Shown piece by piece: positions 48,738 through 58,411 of a DNA stretch of 64,000 nucleotides. This stretch comes from an uncultured Planctomycetaceae bacterium. GTDB lineage: Bacteria > Planctomycetota > Planctomycetia > Isosphaerales > Isosphaeraceae. The position numbers were made by a program, and so were the translations under genes. Below the pieces are notes generated by a model, which was not told the origin of the DNA, did not search any database, and was given only the letters and a program-made list of their open reading frames with translations. Position 1 is the first letter of the stretch; the number at the start of each line of letters is the position of its first letter. Location of the stretch: contig CAWIAD010000002.1 of NCBI GenBank assembly GCA_963833985.1, positions 2,080,001 through 2,144,000 on the forward strand. Direction: 5' to 3'.

Positions 48738-49220
48738 ACCAGCATCGTCTGGGGCATTCGACGAACTCGTCAACGCCTATTACAGGAGCCGATCGCTGGT
48801 TCCCCGACTTACGCGAAGCAATCATATCTGGGATATTATCACATGTCAGGACCTCGGCGTCTGGGATGGTATCTCGCATCTCGACTTCAGGCCGCTCCTC
48901 CTCAAGCAACTTGCGGAAGCCTGGAGTAAGGACGCAAGTGGCCTCATGCGTCGCCCAGGCAATAACAACAAGCAACTTCCTCGCGGCCGGATCACCCCCG
49001 AGGGCAGGCTTCCTGAGCGTACACAGCAACGACGCACGGTTGGAATGCTGGAGGCCCATGGTCAAAGCCCGCTTCCGACTCTGTAGGGTGAACGTCATCG
49101 CGATATTTGACGGGCACTAACGCATGCTCGGCGAAAACCATCAGGCCCTTCAGGATCCCCCCGGAGGTTTTCTGGGCCGCGACCGAACCGTCTGACCCCC
49201 GTCTCCCAGGTGGTAGGATC

Positions 49221-50243
49221 ATGCCCGGCGATGAACGCTTCCGAAGGTCTGATGCCGACCGAAGACTCCGGCAGGCTGCCCGATTCGCACGGGTCCTCCG
49301 CGTCCTGGAGTTGATCCAAGGGCGGTGTCGCTACGACATCAACGACCTGGCCCGGGAACTGGAGTGCTCATCACGGACCGTATTCCGTGACTTGAACGTT
49401 CTTGAGCTTGCCGGGGTCCCCTGGTTCCACGACGAATCGGACCGATGCTACCGAGTTAGACCCGACTACCGGTTCCCCGCCCTCAACTTGACAGACGACG
49501 AACTCATCGGCCAGGCCACGGCAACCGCGATATCGAGCTCTCCCAACTTGAACGTCAGTCTCGGGGCTGCTCCAACCACTCGGAAGATTTCCACCACGTC
49601 ACGTGACCAGGCAAGCCGTCTTCTCGAGGATGTCCAGAGGCTCACATCGGTGCTCGACTTGAAGCTGGCTGATCACAGTCGGCACCACGAGGTCATCCAC
49701 ACGGTTCAACGAGGCCTGGTCGAAGGCAAGCAGCTGGCCGCGATCTACATAAGCCCGTATGAGTCCGGATCGAAGAGGTTGGTACTTCATCCGTACCGAT
49801 TATGTTTGATCAAGCAAGCCTGGTACGTCATCGCCAGAGTAACAGTCGCGGAGCAACCTCAGACTCTCCGAATCTCCAGGTTCGAATCGCTCAGGTCATT
49901 GGAGAGCCCGGCTACAGTCCCCGCCGACTTTGACCTGAGGGCCTATTTCGGCAACGCTTGGGGCGTCTATCGGGGTGACCGCACGTACGATGTCGAGATT
50001 CGCTTCTCTCCCGAGGCGGCCGACCTTGTGACCGAGACGACCTGGCACCCTACGCAGAAAGTCCAACGCCGTCGAGATGGGGGCGTTACGCTCGTCTTCC
50101 GTGTCGATGGACTGAATGAGATCGTCCACTGGGTGCTTGGTTGGTCGGGTCGTGCTACTGTCGTCCGCCCGGACGATCTCCGCCTGTTGGTCGTGGAAGA
50201 ACTCCGGAAGGCCCTCTCACTGAACCAAGCGATTCCAGAATAG
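49221..50243 (+). CDS. WYL-domain transcriptional regulator (wHTH-WYL-WCX)
   Basis: LARELECSSRTVFRDL; HPYRL..AWYVIA..LRISR; WVLGWS. Confidence 0.92.
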   Translation: MPGDERFRRSDADRRLRQAARFARVLRVLELIQGRCRYDINDLARELECSSRTVFRDLNVLELAGVPWFHDESDRCYRVRPDYRFPALNLTDDELIGQATATAISSSPNLNVSLGAAPTTRKISTTSRDQASRLLEDVQRLTSVLDLKLADHSRHHEVIHTVQRGLVEGKQLAAIYISPYESGSKRLVLHPYRLCLIKQAWYVIARVTVAEQPQTLRISRFESLRSLESPATVPADFDLRAYFGNAWGVYRGDRTYDVEIRFSPEAADLVTETTWHPTQKVQRRRDGGVTLVFRVDGLNEIVHWVLGWSGRATVVRPDDLRLLVVEELRKALSLNQAIPE

Positions 50244-50642
50244 CCTCTCTGATGCTGTTCGTTCTTCTGACATCCCTCGCGAGCCCTCCTGTCTCGGATT
50301 GATCGAACGTCGTTGATTTCGGACGGCATGCCATCGAGTTCGTTGACCCACCTGCGTCAGTCCGATGGACGAGGGTGGAGGTAGGCGGCATGTCGGTTAC
50401 ATGTTGCTGGTCGTGAATCCGTGATCGGGATCGACAGCTATCCTACAAACCAAGATCGGACAGATCCCTCAACGCAAGGCCCTTTTCCCTCGGGTAAGGT
50501 AAAGGACTGAGACGACCACCGGCCCCTTTTCGGTCAAATCCAACCGAAATCACCTACGTGGAGACAACGAGTCCAAGCTTCCACGTTAACGACTTCGTGT
50601 GACAATCACGCGAAGTAAGTCCCCGAACAAGGACCCCCATTC

Positions 50643-50858
50643 ATGTTCCGACCCCAAGCTTCGCCGCCATCGTTGGCTATCCCCAACACCGGTCGCTGTG
50701 CCGCCTGTAATGGGACCGGCCACCATCAGTCTTGCAGTCGACCGCCCCGCGACCTGGGCCTCTGCACCCACTGTCACGGGACTGGCCGTTGCGGTCTCTG
50801 CCGAGGGAGTGGTTTGACTCCCTCCGGTCATCGCTGTCACTGTTGTGGCTCATCGTGA
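50643..50858 (+). CDS. Small DnaJ-type CxxCxGxG zinc-finger protein
   Basis: CAACNGTG, CTHCHGTG, CGLCRGSG, CHCCG. Confidence 0.55.
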   Translation: MFRPQASPPSLAIPNTGRCAACNGTGHHQSCSRPPRDLGLCTHCHGTGRCGLCRGSGLTPSGHRCHCCGSS

Positions 50859-50934
50859 CCTGACGACTTCTCTATGACCTTCAATTGGCTGTCCACGCAC
50901 TCCGTGCTTCTCTGCCTTAATGTTAGGAGTTCCT

Positions 50935-52368
50935 ATGCCCCTCACCCAGGCAGAAATGGATTTCTTTGCCCGTCACTCCTACGAACTGCACAATTTCGAC
51001 AAGCCAACTCCCGCTCATGAGTTCTTAAGGCATCTCTGTCCGACGGGGCGGCCCGAGTCGCGGATATTGTTAATCTTCCAGTATCTCTGGCAGGAGCAGT
51101 CCCGGGATGATGGGACCGCCGAGTCCTTTTTCTCCTGGGCACCGCCCATTGATCTCCCTCCGTTGGCCCCTCCATGGTCAACCTGGCAAGAGTTCGTAGA
51201 TCGGGCCGAGAGTCTCTACGCGGAGAGCGTTTACCGACAGTTCGAGGCCAACGCACACCCCCTCCGCTACCCGCATTTCACCACAACTCGGAAGGGTCGT
51301 TACCTGGACAAGATTCCGGAGTTCACCCTTGCTGAGAACGTGTTCCTAGATGCTTACTACCGGGAAATCTCTTCCCAGAAGAAAGGGCCCTGCTTAACCA
51401 CAGTAGACTCTTTGAATATTCCGGTGGACGAAATCAACACTCTGGTCGCTTATCGGGCTATGGAGTTGATGCACACCGGTCAGCCCTGGCCTCAGCTGGA
51501 TGCCGTGGGCCCTCCCAATCCCTGGTCGAGTCTGGACGAATTCAAGCGGCGTTTCTTCCCCCCACGACCAAATTTCCCCCGCTGTCACTACGTTACCTTG
51601 AATCGGACGGAGCTCTCTGCCAAGGAACAGTCTTTCTTCCATCATTACTACTGCGAAGTTATTTCCCTCACTCCAGGTCCAGCCCACGAATACATACGGG
51701 ACCAGGACATCCCCGGCATACTTCTTGTCCCTTTCCAGTACGCAATCTTCCGAGGCGTCGGGCATGGTTTGGTTGGTTTGTTCATGGATGACCCTCTGCC
51801 TCCCTTCGAGGTCCCCTGGTCTTCAAAGTCTATCTTCTACCAGCGGGCCTACTTTTTCTGTCCTACGGAGATGGAGAAGGAAGCCTTCTCTCGCCACATC
51901 CCGGCCAGAGATCGAGAGTACATCACGAGCTCTTTCTTTGAGCTTTGCTACCCCAACCAGTTCGAGGAAGAATTCATCGAGTGGTACCTCGCCGAAACTG
52001 CGGGCAAGACCGCCGGGTTCACTCCCGCTAGCAATTGGCTTTGGACCCATGGGGTTTACCCGACGAATCTGAAGGTCATGATCCATTCGGCCCAGAATCC
52101 CCCCGGTCGCTGGCACGCCGTCGAGTACGACAACCCTCTCCCACTCTTTAAACCCGCCTGGGTGGACAAAGACGAGTTCAACGAGCGGCTCAAGAAATTC
52201 CTCCGTGCTTACCCTGAATTCACCGAAGATCCAACGGCGATCCCGGATTATGCTCCGGAGGGCTACGAGGAGAAGAGGATGGCCTGGTTGAAGTCGATCC
52301 CGACTCCCCCAGCCGTGGGTTCTTTCCCGACTCCGAATGAGCCAGAAAATGATCACCACTCCAACTGA
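50935..52368 (+). CDS. Hypothetical protein with four internal repeats
   Basis: AGGAG RBS; repeated E..F...Y..E....P...PW....F..R units. Confidence 0.7.
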   Translation: MPLTQAEMDFFARHSYELHNFDKPTPAHEFLRHLCPTGRPESRILLIFQYLWQEQSRDDGTAESFFSWAPPIDLPPLAPPWSTWQEFVDRAESLYAESVYRQFEANAHPLRYPHFTTTRKGRYLDKIPEFTLAENVFLDAYYREISSQKKGPCLTTVDSLNIPVDEINTLVAYRAMELMHTGQPWPQLDAVGPPNPWSSLDEFKRRFFPPRPNFPRCHYVTLNRTELSAKEQSFFHHYYCEVISLTPGPAHEYIRDQDIPGILLVPFQYAIFRGVGHGLVGLFMDDPLPPFEVPWSSKSIFYQRAYFFCPTEMEKEAFSRHIPARDREYITSSFFELCYPNQFEEEFIEWYLAETAGKTAGFTPASNWLWTHGVYPTNLKVMIHSAQNPPGRWHAVEYDNPLPLFKPAWVDKDEFNERLKKFLRAYPEFTEDPTAIPDYAPEGYEEKRMAWLKSIPTPPAVGSFPTPNEPENDHHSN

Positions 52369-52804
52369 CGCACTGGCTGGCCCCCTGACCGGTGCGTATT
52401 ACTGGGTGCCCTTTCCACCTGTTAGTTCACTGACCTGGCGGATTCTGACTTACCACGAGTTGGGATTCGGCGAGGACATCAGCCATTACGAAATCTGGCC
52501 GAAGGTGGTTACTCAACTCGCAGGAATCTGGAGACGTGATCCGAAGGTGTTAAGAAGGCACTTGGGAAAGCACTGCTACGGACTTCCGCGTGGTCGAGTT
52601 ACTCATCCGGAAAAGACATACCTGATCCTTCATGGAAACGATTCGCCGATTCCTGACTGGAAGGCGAGAGTTATTCGCCGGTTCAATATGCAAGGACTAC
52701 TAGTCAAGCCTCTCTTCGATGAGCATGAACAACGGATGGGAGAAGATGCAAGAAAGACTGGGGAGGCTCTTGGAATAGTTGCGAGCACTGGGAACTTGAT
52801 TTGA
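52337..52804 (+). CDS. Hypothetical protein
   Basis: Overlaps upstream gene; H..IW..YGLPRGRV..HG..DEHE. Confidence 0.6.
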   Translation: MSQKMITTPTDALAGPLTGAYYWVPFPPVSSLTWRILTYHELGFGEDISHYEIWPKVVTQLAGIWRRDPKVLRRHLGKHCYGLPRGRVTHPEKTYLILHGNDSPIPDWKARVIRRFNMQGLLVKPLFDEHEQRMGEDARKTGEALGIVASTGNLI

Positions 52805-53607
52805 ATCATGCCAGCTCGAATGCAGCCGCGGCTCTCGTGTCCTGGCATGCAGTCGTTTTTCGGACCTCAATTTCCTGGTTTTGGGAATTCACGCCGATTA
52901 AAAGGGAAAGACGACGCAGTTTCCAGATCCTTCCCATATCCGGGTATCGCCCTAACTGCCGCAGTCTATTTATTTTCGACAATTCGCTATCCTGTCCTAT
53001 TTTCCTTAGTGTCCCACTCAAATGCCGTCAGCCGGAGCCTTCTGTGAAAAATTCTTAATATATAAGAGTTTCATTATTCGTCTATTGACGTATTCCGGCC
53101 AGACCTCCTCGATAAGTCGCAGCAGATCGACCTTATAATGTTGGTTATTTGCTCAAGATTTGTTGAATATCAGTCGGGTTGGCCCTGTCTGGGCCACGGT
53201 CGCCGACGGGCCATGAGCGGCATTGAACTGAGTATCAGCATGGGCTGGACATGCCGGTCCTGTGAGAAAGAATCGTACTGACATCCAGAAGCATCGCTTT
53301 CCAGGTGGTGCGGGATGGATACCAACGAGTTGTCAGCAGTCGCAAGAGAGTCGTGTCCCATTCCAGTTGTGACGGTAGAGGAAGCCTCGACGCTCGCTAA
53401 TGTGAACGGTCGCAGATCTAGCTCTCCTCATACGCTCTCTGGTGGTGCTCGAACCGAAACTCGAGTGTAACCGGGACCCGATTAAGAATCGGGACCTCCA
53501 CATACTTCGCTAGTTACGTGGCGACGGGTCGGAGATCGTACGTGCTGGAGCCGCATCATGGGTAAAGAAACCGATCGGACATTCTGGGAGCAGTTTGCCG
53601 CAATCGC

Positions 53608-53772
53608 ATGTTCACTATCCAACAGGTCACGGAGATCCTCGGTGTCAGTGAAACTCACGTTCGGAACCTCCGCGATCTCGGTTGGCTCAGTTGTTTCCAG
53701 TTGCGGGACAAAGGCAGAGGACGCTTCCGATTCCAGAAGGAGGATGTGCTCAATTACTTGATGTCATGTTGA
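53608..53772 (+). CDS. Excisionase-like HTH protein (MerR/Xis type), 54 aa, absent from ORF track
   Basis: MFTIQQVTEILGVSETHVRNLRDLGWLSCFQLRDKGRGRFRFQKEDVLNYL; ~1 kb upstream of integrase. Confidence 0.75.
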   Translation: MFTIQQVTEILGVSETHVRNLRDLGWLSCFQLRDKGRGRFRFQKEDVLNYLMSC

Positions 53773-53913
53773 TATAGTCTTAAGACGCTCGAAGGGAAAC
53801 AAGCATCCAGCCAAAGCGTGGGCAGGCCCCCTAAAGAGATCGACGGCGACCGACTGCACGATGTTTAGCAAAGACAGCGTGGTTCGTCACTTACCCTCTT
53901 GGAGACGCATGAA

Positions 53914-54177
53914 ATGACAGATGCGAAAGCCACGAAACCACCATGCTCGGGCCTCAAGAATCGCTCCTGGATCGCTCTTCAGGAAGGAGTCTCCATCCGC
54001 ACGACTTATCGGATGGAGGTGAAGGGTCGTTTGATCGAGCCGATTCGAACAAATTCGGAGGGGCACCCGCGATGGGACCCCTATGAATACTTCAACTGGC
54101 GTGACCAGGGTCGTCCGCCCATACATGTCTGGAGAAAGATCTGGCCTCGATACCGTCGAAAGGGTGGTGCACGATGA
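53914..54177 (+). CDS. Small basic hypothetical protein
   Basis: ATGA overlap with next gene; IALQEGVSIRTTYRMEVKG HTH-like. Confidence 0.45.
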   Translation: MTDAKATKPPCSGLKNRSWIALQEGVSIRTTYRMEVKGRLIEPIRTNSEGHPRWDPYEYFNWRDQGRPPIHVWRKIWPRYRRKGGAR

Positions 54178-54518
54178 GCGACATGTCGAGAGAGCCTCAA
54201 TCCCCCAAGAAGGAGCAGATGGGGAAGAAAACGAGCCGTCGCCTACGCCCGAAGCTAGCCTCCCTCGCGTTAACTCCTGTGACCATCGACATCCCAAATG
54301 ATCTGTGGGGCTGTCTCGAAGACAGGGCAAGGCGCGCCGGTCGTCGGAGGGAGGATCTGGCAACCGAATTCTTGGTCATAGGTATGAACCACTATGTCCA
54401 GCAACAGCTGGAAAAGCGGGGCAAGAACCCTGCCACAATCTCCTTGGGACATGTGCTTCTCGCCTATCGAGGACGATATCCTGCAGCTGAGAGCCACGAG
54501 ATGGGAGACCGGAATTAA
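54174..54518 (+). CDS. Ribbon-helix-helix-like DNA-binding protein
   Basis: VTIDIPNDLWGCLEDRARRAGRRREDLATEFL. Confidence 0.55.
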   Translation: MSDMSREPQSPKKEQMGKKTSRRLRPKLASLALTPVTIDIPNDLWGCLEDRARRAGRRREDLATEFLVIGMNHYVQQQLEKRGKNPATISLGHVLLAYRGRYPAAESHEMGDRN

Positions 54519-54726
54519 TCCGAACAGTCAGCCTCTCCAAACGCTCATTGCTGTCTCGTTTCATTCAGGCTTCGCTATATCCGTTGTCGTGACCTGTCGA
54601 TCGTCGACCGGCGTAACTCTGTCCCACGCCCAGAAACCGTGCAAAAACCTGATCCTGGGAGTCCACTGAGACGACTCAGCCCGATCGAGAACGCCCAGAG
54701 AGCACCAGACCACGAGGAGCCCCACC

Positions 54727-56463
54727 ATGAGCGTCTTTCGTCCGCGTGTCACCCGTTCCGGCAAGACGACCAAGGCTGCAACCTGGTCGTTCCGATGCCG
54801 ACGCATCGATGGGAAGCTATATCAGGAGAACGGCTTCAGGACCAGAGGGGAAGCCTATGGCCGACGGGAGGAAGTCCAGCGATTGATCCGTCTTGGGCTC
54901 GATCCCAGTGGACAATCATCGAGAACCCCGCTGATCCATCTCCTCGAAGACTTCCGCAAGGCCTTGGAGGCCAAGGGTATCACACCAGCCCAGATCAAGT
55001 TGGTCACCGGTCGCATTCGCCGCATCCTCAGCGATTGCCTGTTCTATGAAGGAGCCCAGCTGGATGAGCAACGGCTCATGCACTTCCTGGCTTCGCTCAA
55101 GACAAAGCGTGCAAGCGATCAGACAATCAAGCATTATCTTCGCTCAATCAAGCAATTCACGCGTTTCTTACACCGTCAGCGTCACTTGTCGCAGGACCCA
55201 TTCCTTCACATCGAGGCCCCGAAGGTACTCCGAAAAAAGCATCAACGCCGTCCGCTGACCAATGATGAGACCCGACGCTTGTTGGAGACAACGTTGACTC
55301 AGCCGATATTCCGCGGTCTGACCGGACAGGAGAGGGCCGCACTCTATTTCACGGCGTTGAAGTCCGGTTTGAGGGCCTCGGAGTTGGCCAGCCTTCGCGT
55401 CGAGGACTTCTCTCTCTATGGACCCAACCCCCACGTCACCCTGGCTGCAATCAACTCGAAGCACCGTCGGACCGACGTGATACCGCTTGATGGTGAGGCC
55501 GTCCGCTTCCTCGAACCCTTCTTATCTCAATGGGCCCCCAGCGTTCGACCCTGGCCCGGGAACTGGGCGAAGTATAAGGAAGCCGGTGTTATGCTCCGCC
55601 GCGATCTGGAAGCCGCCGGCATACCCTACGAGGTCGGCGACAAATTCGCCGACTTTCACGCCCTGCGACACACGTTCATTACGAACCTGGTCCGGGCTGG
55701 TGTTCCTCCCAAGATTGTCCAGATCCTGGCCCGACATTCCTCCATCGAGCTGACTATGAACACCTACACCTTATTGGGTCTGACCGAAGTCTTCGAGGCG
55801 ATAAATCGACTCTCACCAATTCTTGGATCGGTTGATGTTGCACCAGATGTTGCACCCGCAACCGTCACGCAGGAGCAGGAAACGTCTCAGATTGGCACTC
55901 CGGAGGGTCCGGTGCCTGGAAAGGCAGGTCATGAGAAGACGACCTTCCTGCAAGCGGAAAGCCTTTCCCAGTCAGGACATGACACGAGCTGTCAGGAAAT
56001 GTCTTCAGATGTCAGCGGAGGAGGTGGGATTCAAACCCACGGTACCCCGAAGGGGTACACCGGTTTTCGAGACCGGCCCTTTCAACCACTCAGGCACCCC
56101 TCCGGGTCGCCAGTTTCCTGTTGCTTCAGTTTAGAAGAGACGCGCCGATCCTGGAAGAAGAGACTGAGGATTTCGGCTCGCACGAGCCTGCCTGGGCAGA
56201 CTTATCGATCCTCACGTTGCGGATCGGAGTTCGATGGATTGGCGAGCATCGCAATGATATGGCGCACCAGAGGCTCAGCAATCTCTCGATGGCGAGGCAC
56301 GGGCTGGGAGACTCCGGTCGCCGGGTTTCGATACCAGTCGTGCCGCCCGCCATGCCTGACGAGAACGCATCCGCAGCTTGCGATCGTGCGGACCAGATCC
56401 AACCGCTTCACGGCACAACCAGTTCGTCGACCTTGCGAATCCCTGGAAGCGCTCCGCTCGTGA
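54727..56463 (+). CDS. Island tyrosine integrase (frame reads through the tRNA antisense)
   Basis: Arm-binding N-terminus, GLRASEL, K, FHALRH, ARHS, Y; catalytic domain ends ~55810. Confidence 0.9.
   Translation: MSVFRPRVTRSGKTTKAATWSFRCRRIDGKLYQENGFRTRGEAYGRREEVQRLIRLGLDPSGQSSRTPLIHLLEDFRKALEAKGITPAQIKLVTGRIRRILSDCLFYEGAQLDEQRLMHFLASLKTKRASDQTIKHYLRSIKQFTRFLHRQRHLSQDPFLHIEAPKVLRKKHQRRPLTNDETRRLLETTLTQPIFRGLTGQERAALYFTALKSGLRASELASLRVEDFSLYGPNPHVTLAAINSKHRRTDVIPLDGEAVRFLEPFLSQWAPSVRPWPGNWAKYKEAGVMLRRDLEAAGIPYEVGDKFADFHALRHTFITNLVRAGVPPKIVQILARHSSIELTMNTYTLLGLTEVFEAINRLSPILGSVDVAPDVAPATVTQEQETSQIGTPEGPVPGKAGHEKTTFLQAESLSQSGHDTSCQEMSSDVSGGGGIQTHGTPKGYTGFRDRPFQPLRHPSGSPVSCCFSLEETRRSWKKRLRISARTSLPGQTYRSSRCGSEFDGLASIAMIWRTRGSAISRWRGTGWETPVAGFRYQSCRPPCLTRTHPQLAIVRTRSNRFTAQPVRRPCESLEALRS
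55834..55856 (+). repeat. Tandem GATGTTGCACC x2, candidate integrase arm-type sites
   Basis: Direct repeats 55834-55844 and 55846-55856, ~160 bp from tRNA 3' end. Confidence 0.55.
56016..56103 (-). tRNA. tRNA-Ser(CGA), island integration site
   Basis: GGAGGGG/CTCCTCC acceptor, CCGGT-CTCGAAA-ACCGG anticodon arm, long variable arm, T-arm GTGGG-TTTGAAT-CCCAC; no encoded CCA. Confidence 0.93.
56202..56411 (-). CDS. hicA: HicA-family mRNA interferase toxin
   Basis: RHGGRHDWY.NP..VPRHREI. Confidence 0.85.
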   Translation of the reverse strand: MKRLDLVRTIASCGCVLVRHGGRHDWYRNPATGVSQPVPRHREIAEPLVRHIIAMLANPSNSDPQREDR

Positions 56464-56599
56464 GGTCGACGTAGAGCTCGGCAAGGAGGTCTTTCAGATC
56501 GTCCAAAGAATCGCCCTGGGTCCAGTAATCGGGATAATCCACAAGGTAACCCAGAAAAACGTCACCGTCCTGCCAGTGAATGAACTTGACGGTGTGCAT
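56408..56599 (-). CDS. hicB: Short HicB-family antitoxin
   Basis: GYLVDYPDYWTQGDSLDDL; 4-nt overlap with hicA. Confidence 0.85.
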   Translation of the reverse strand: MHTVKFIHWQDGDVFLGYLVDYPDYWTQGDSLDDLKDLLAELYVDLTSGALPGIRKVDELVVP

Positions 56600-56672
56600 G
56601 CCTCACCTCGTTGTGACCGCTGGCACGATGCCGCATTCTGAGAGTCCGCTGCGAGCGATGGCAGCGGCCCTT

Positions 56673-57213
56673 TCAACCACTCAGGCACCCCTCCGGGTCG
56701 CCAGTTTCCTGTTGCTTCAGTTTAGAAGAGACGCGCCGATCCTGGAAGAAGAGACTGAGGATTTCGCCGCACTCGCGCTCCATCACGCCGGCCGTCACGA
56801 GGGCGCGGTGGTTCAGACGGGGGTCGGAGACCAGGCGGTACAGGGTGTCGCAGGCGCCTGCCTTGGGGTCCTTCGCTCCGTAGACGACCCGGGCTATGCG
56901 GCTTTGCACGATGGCCCCGGCGCACATCGGACACGGCTCGAGCGTGACGTAGAGCGTGCAGTTCTCCAGTCGCCACGTCCGCAGCACGCCGCCGGCCATG
57001 GTGATGGCCAGCCGCTCGGCGTGCGCCGTGGGGTCGTGCAACGTTTCACGCAGGTTGAACGCCTGAGAGAGGATCTTGCCGTCGCGGACGATGAGAGACC
57101 CGACCGGTACCTCGCCAAGCAGCGCGGCCTGCCGCGCCAGCTCGAAGCGCATGCGCCATCATTTCGAGGTCGAAATCACTGGGTTCAAAGCCGGATGAGG
57201 AGGGACCTGTCAT
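56673..57213 (-). CDS. tadA: tRNA adenosine(34) deaminase TadA with apparent +1 frameshift near 57145
   Basis: GEVPVG, HAE, TLEPCPMC, YGAKDPKAG; N-terminal FDLEMMAHAL lies in another frame from ATG 57213. Confidence 0.9.
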
Positions 57214-57426
57214 GGATCAACGCGCATGGGGGGAAACCAGGGCGACCGGAAGGCCGACCATCCCAGGGCACGGATCGTCTCTGGCTCCCGGGGAGTCGGC
57301 AGGGAGTCGGGCTCTTACCGGCTGTCTCTGTGACCTGGACCGGGAAGGCCTGGCTCGGGTTCTGGGCGAGCCCCGGTGTTTCTTGAAGAACACGGCTCGA
57401 GGATCATGGGCAGGTTCACCCCTCGC

Positions 57427-58110
<684 letters not shown>

Positions 58111-58411
58111 TCAAAAAGCAGCGGTCCCGAGCCACAATCGCCCGCAGCAAGACGGTCTGGAGCTTCGGACCACGAGCGGGCGGCACTCGTGTCGCCGGAG
58201 ATCTGGCCTCGCGAACGAACCAATGACTGGCTCAGCTTTGAACCTTCAGGAACCTTCAGGGACGGGCAATGTTATACTAGAGCCGATCGAACGCATTCAA
58301 GAGAGCTTTCGATGGATCGGACGGGTGCCCGGTCCAGACTGGCGGTGTCAACGAAAAAGGGGTCTGGCGCGGCTGCACCAGGCCCCTGGCAGGATCTCGT
58401 CCCTGGCCCTG

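Larger units (their letters stand above)
1..56103. mobile_element. Integrative defence island at tRNA-Ser(CGA); left end outside the window
   Basis: Integrase + excisionase next to tRNA 3' end, defence cargo, visibly lower GC than genes right of 56.7 kb. Confidence 0.85.
56074..56766. mobile_element. hicBA mini-cassette bounded by perfect 102-bp direct repeats (56074-56175, 56665-56766)
   Basis: Repeat = tadA 3' end + first 30 nt of the tRNA. Confidence 0.8.

Noticed and set aside
48734..49120. 128-aa ORF between nuclease and WYL genes
   Set aside because: Ser/Arg-rich, no motif or RBS; overlapping ORFs on both strands are equally unconvincing
56665..56694. Second tRNA gene
   Set aside because: Only the first 30 nt of tRNA-Ser; part of the 102-bp duplication
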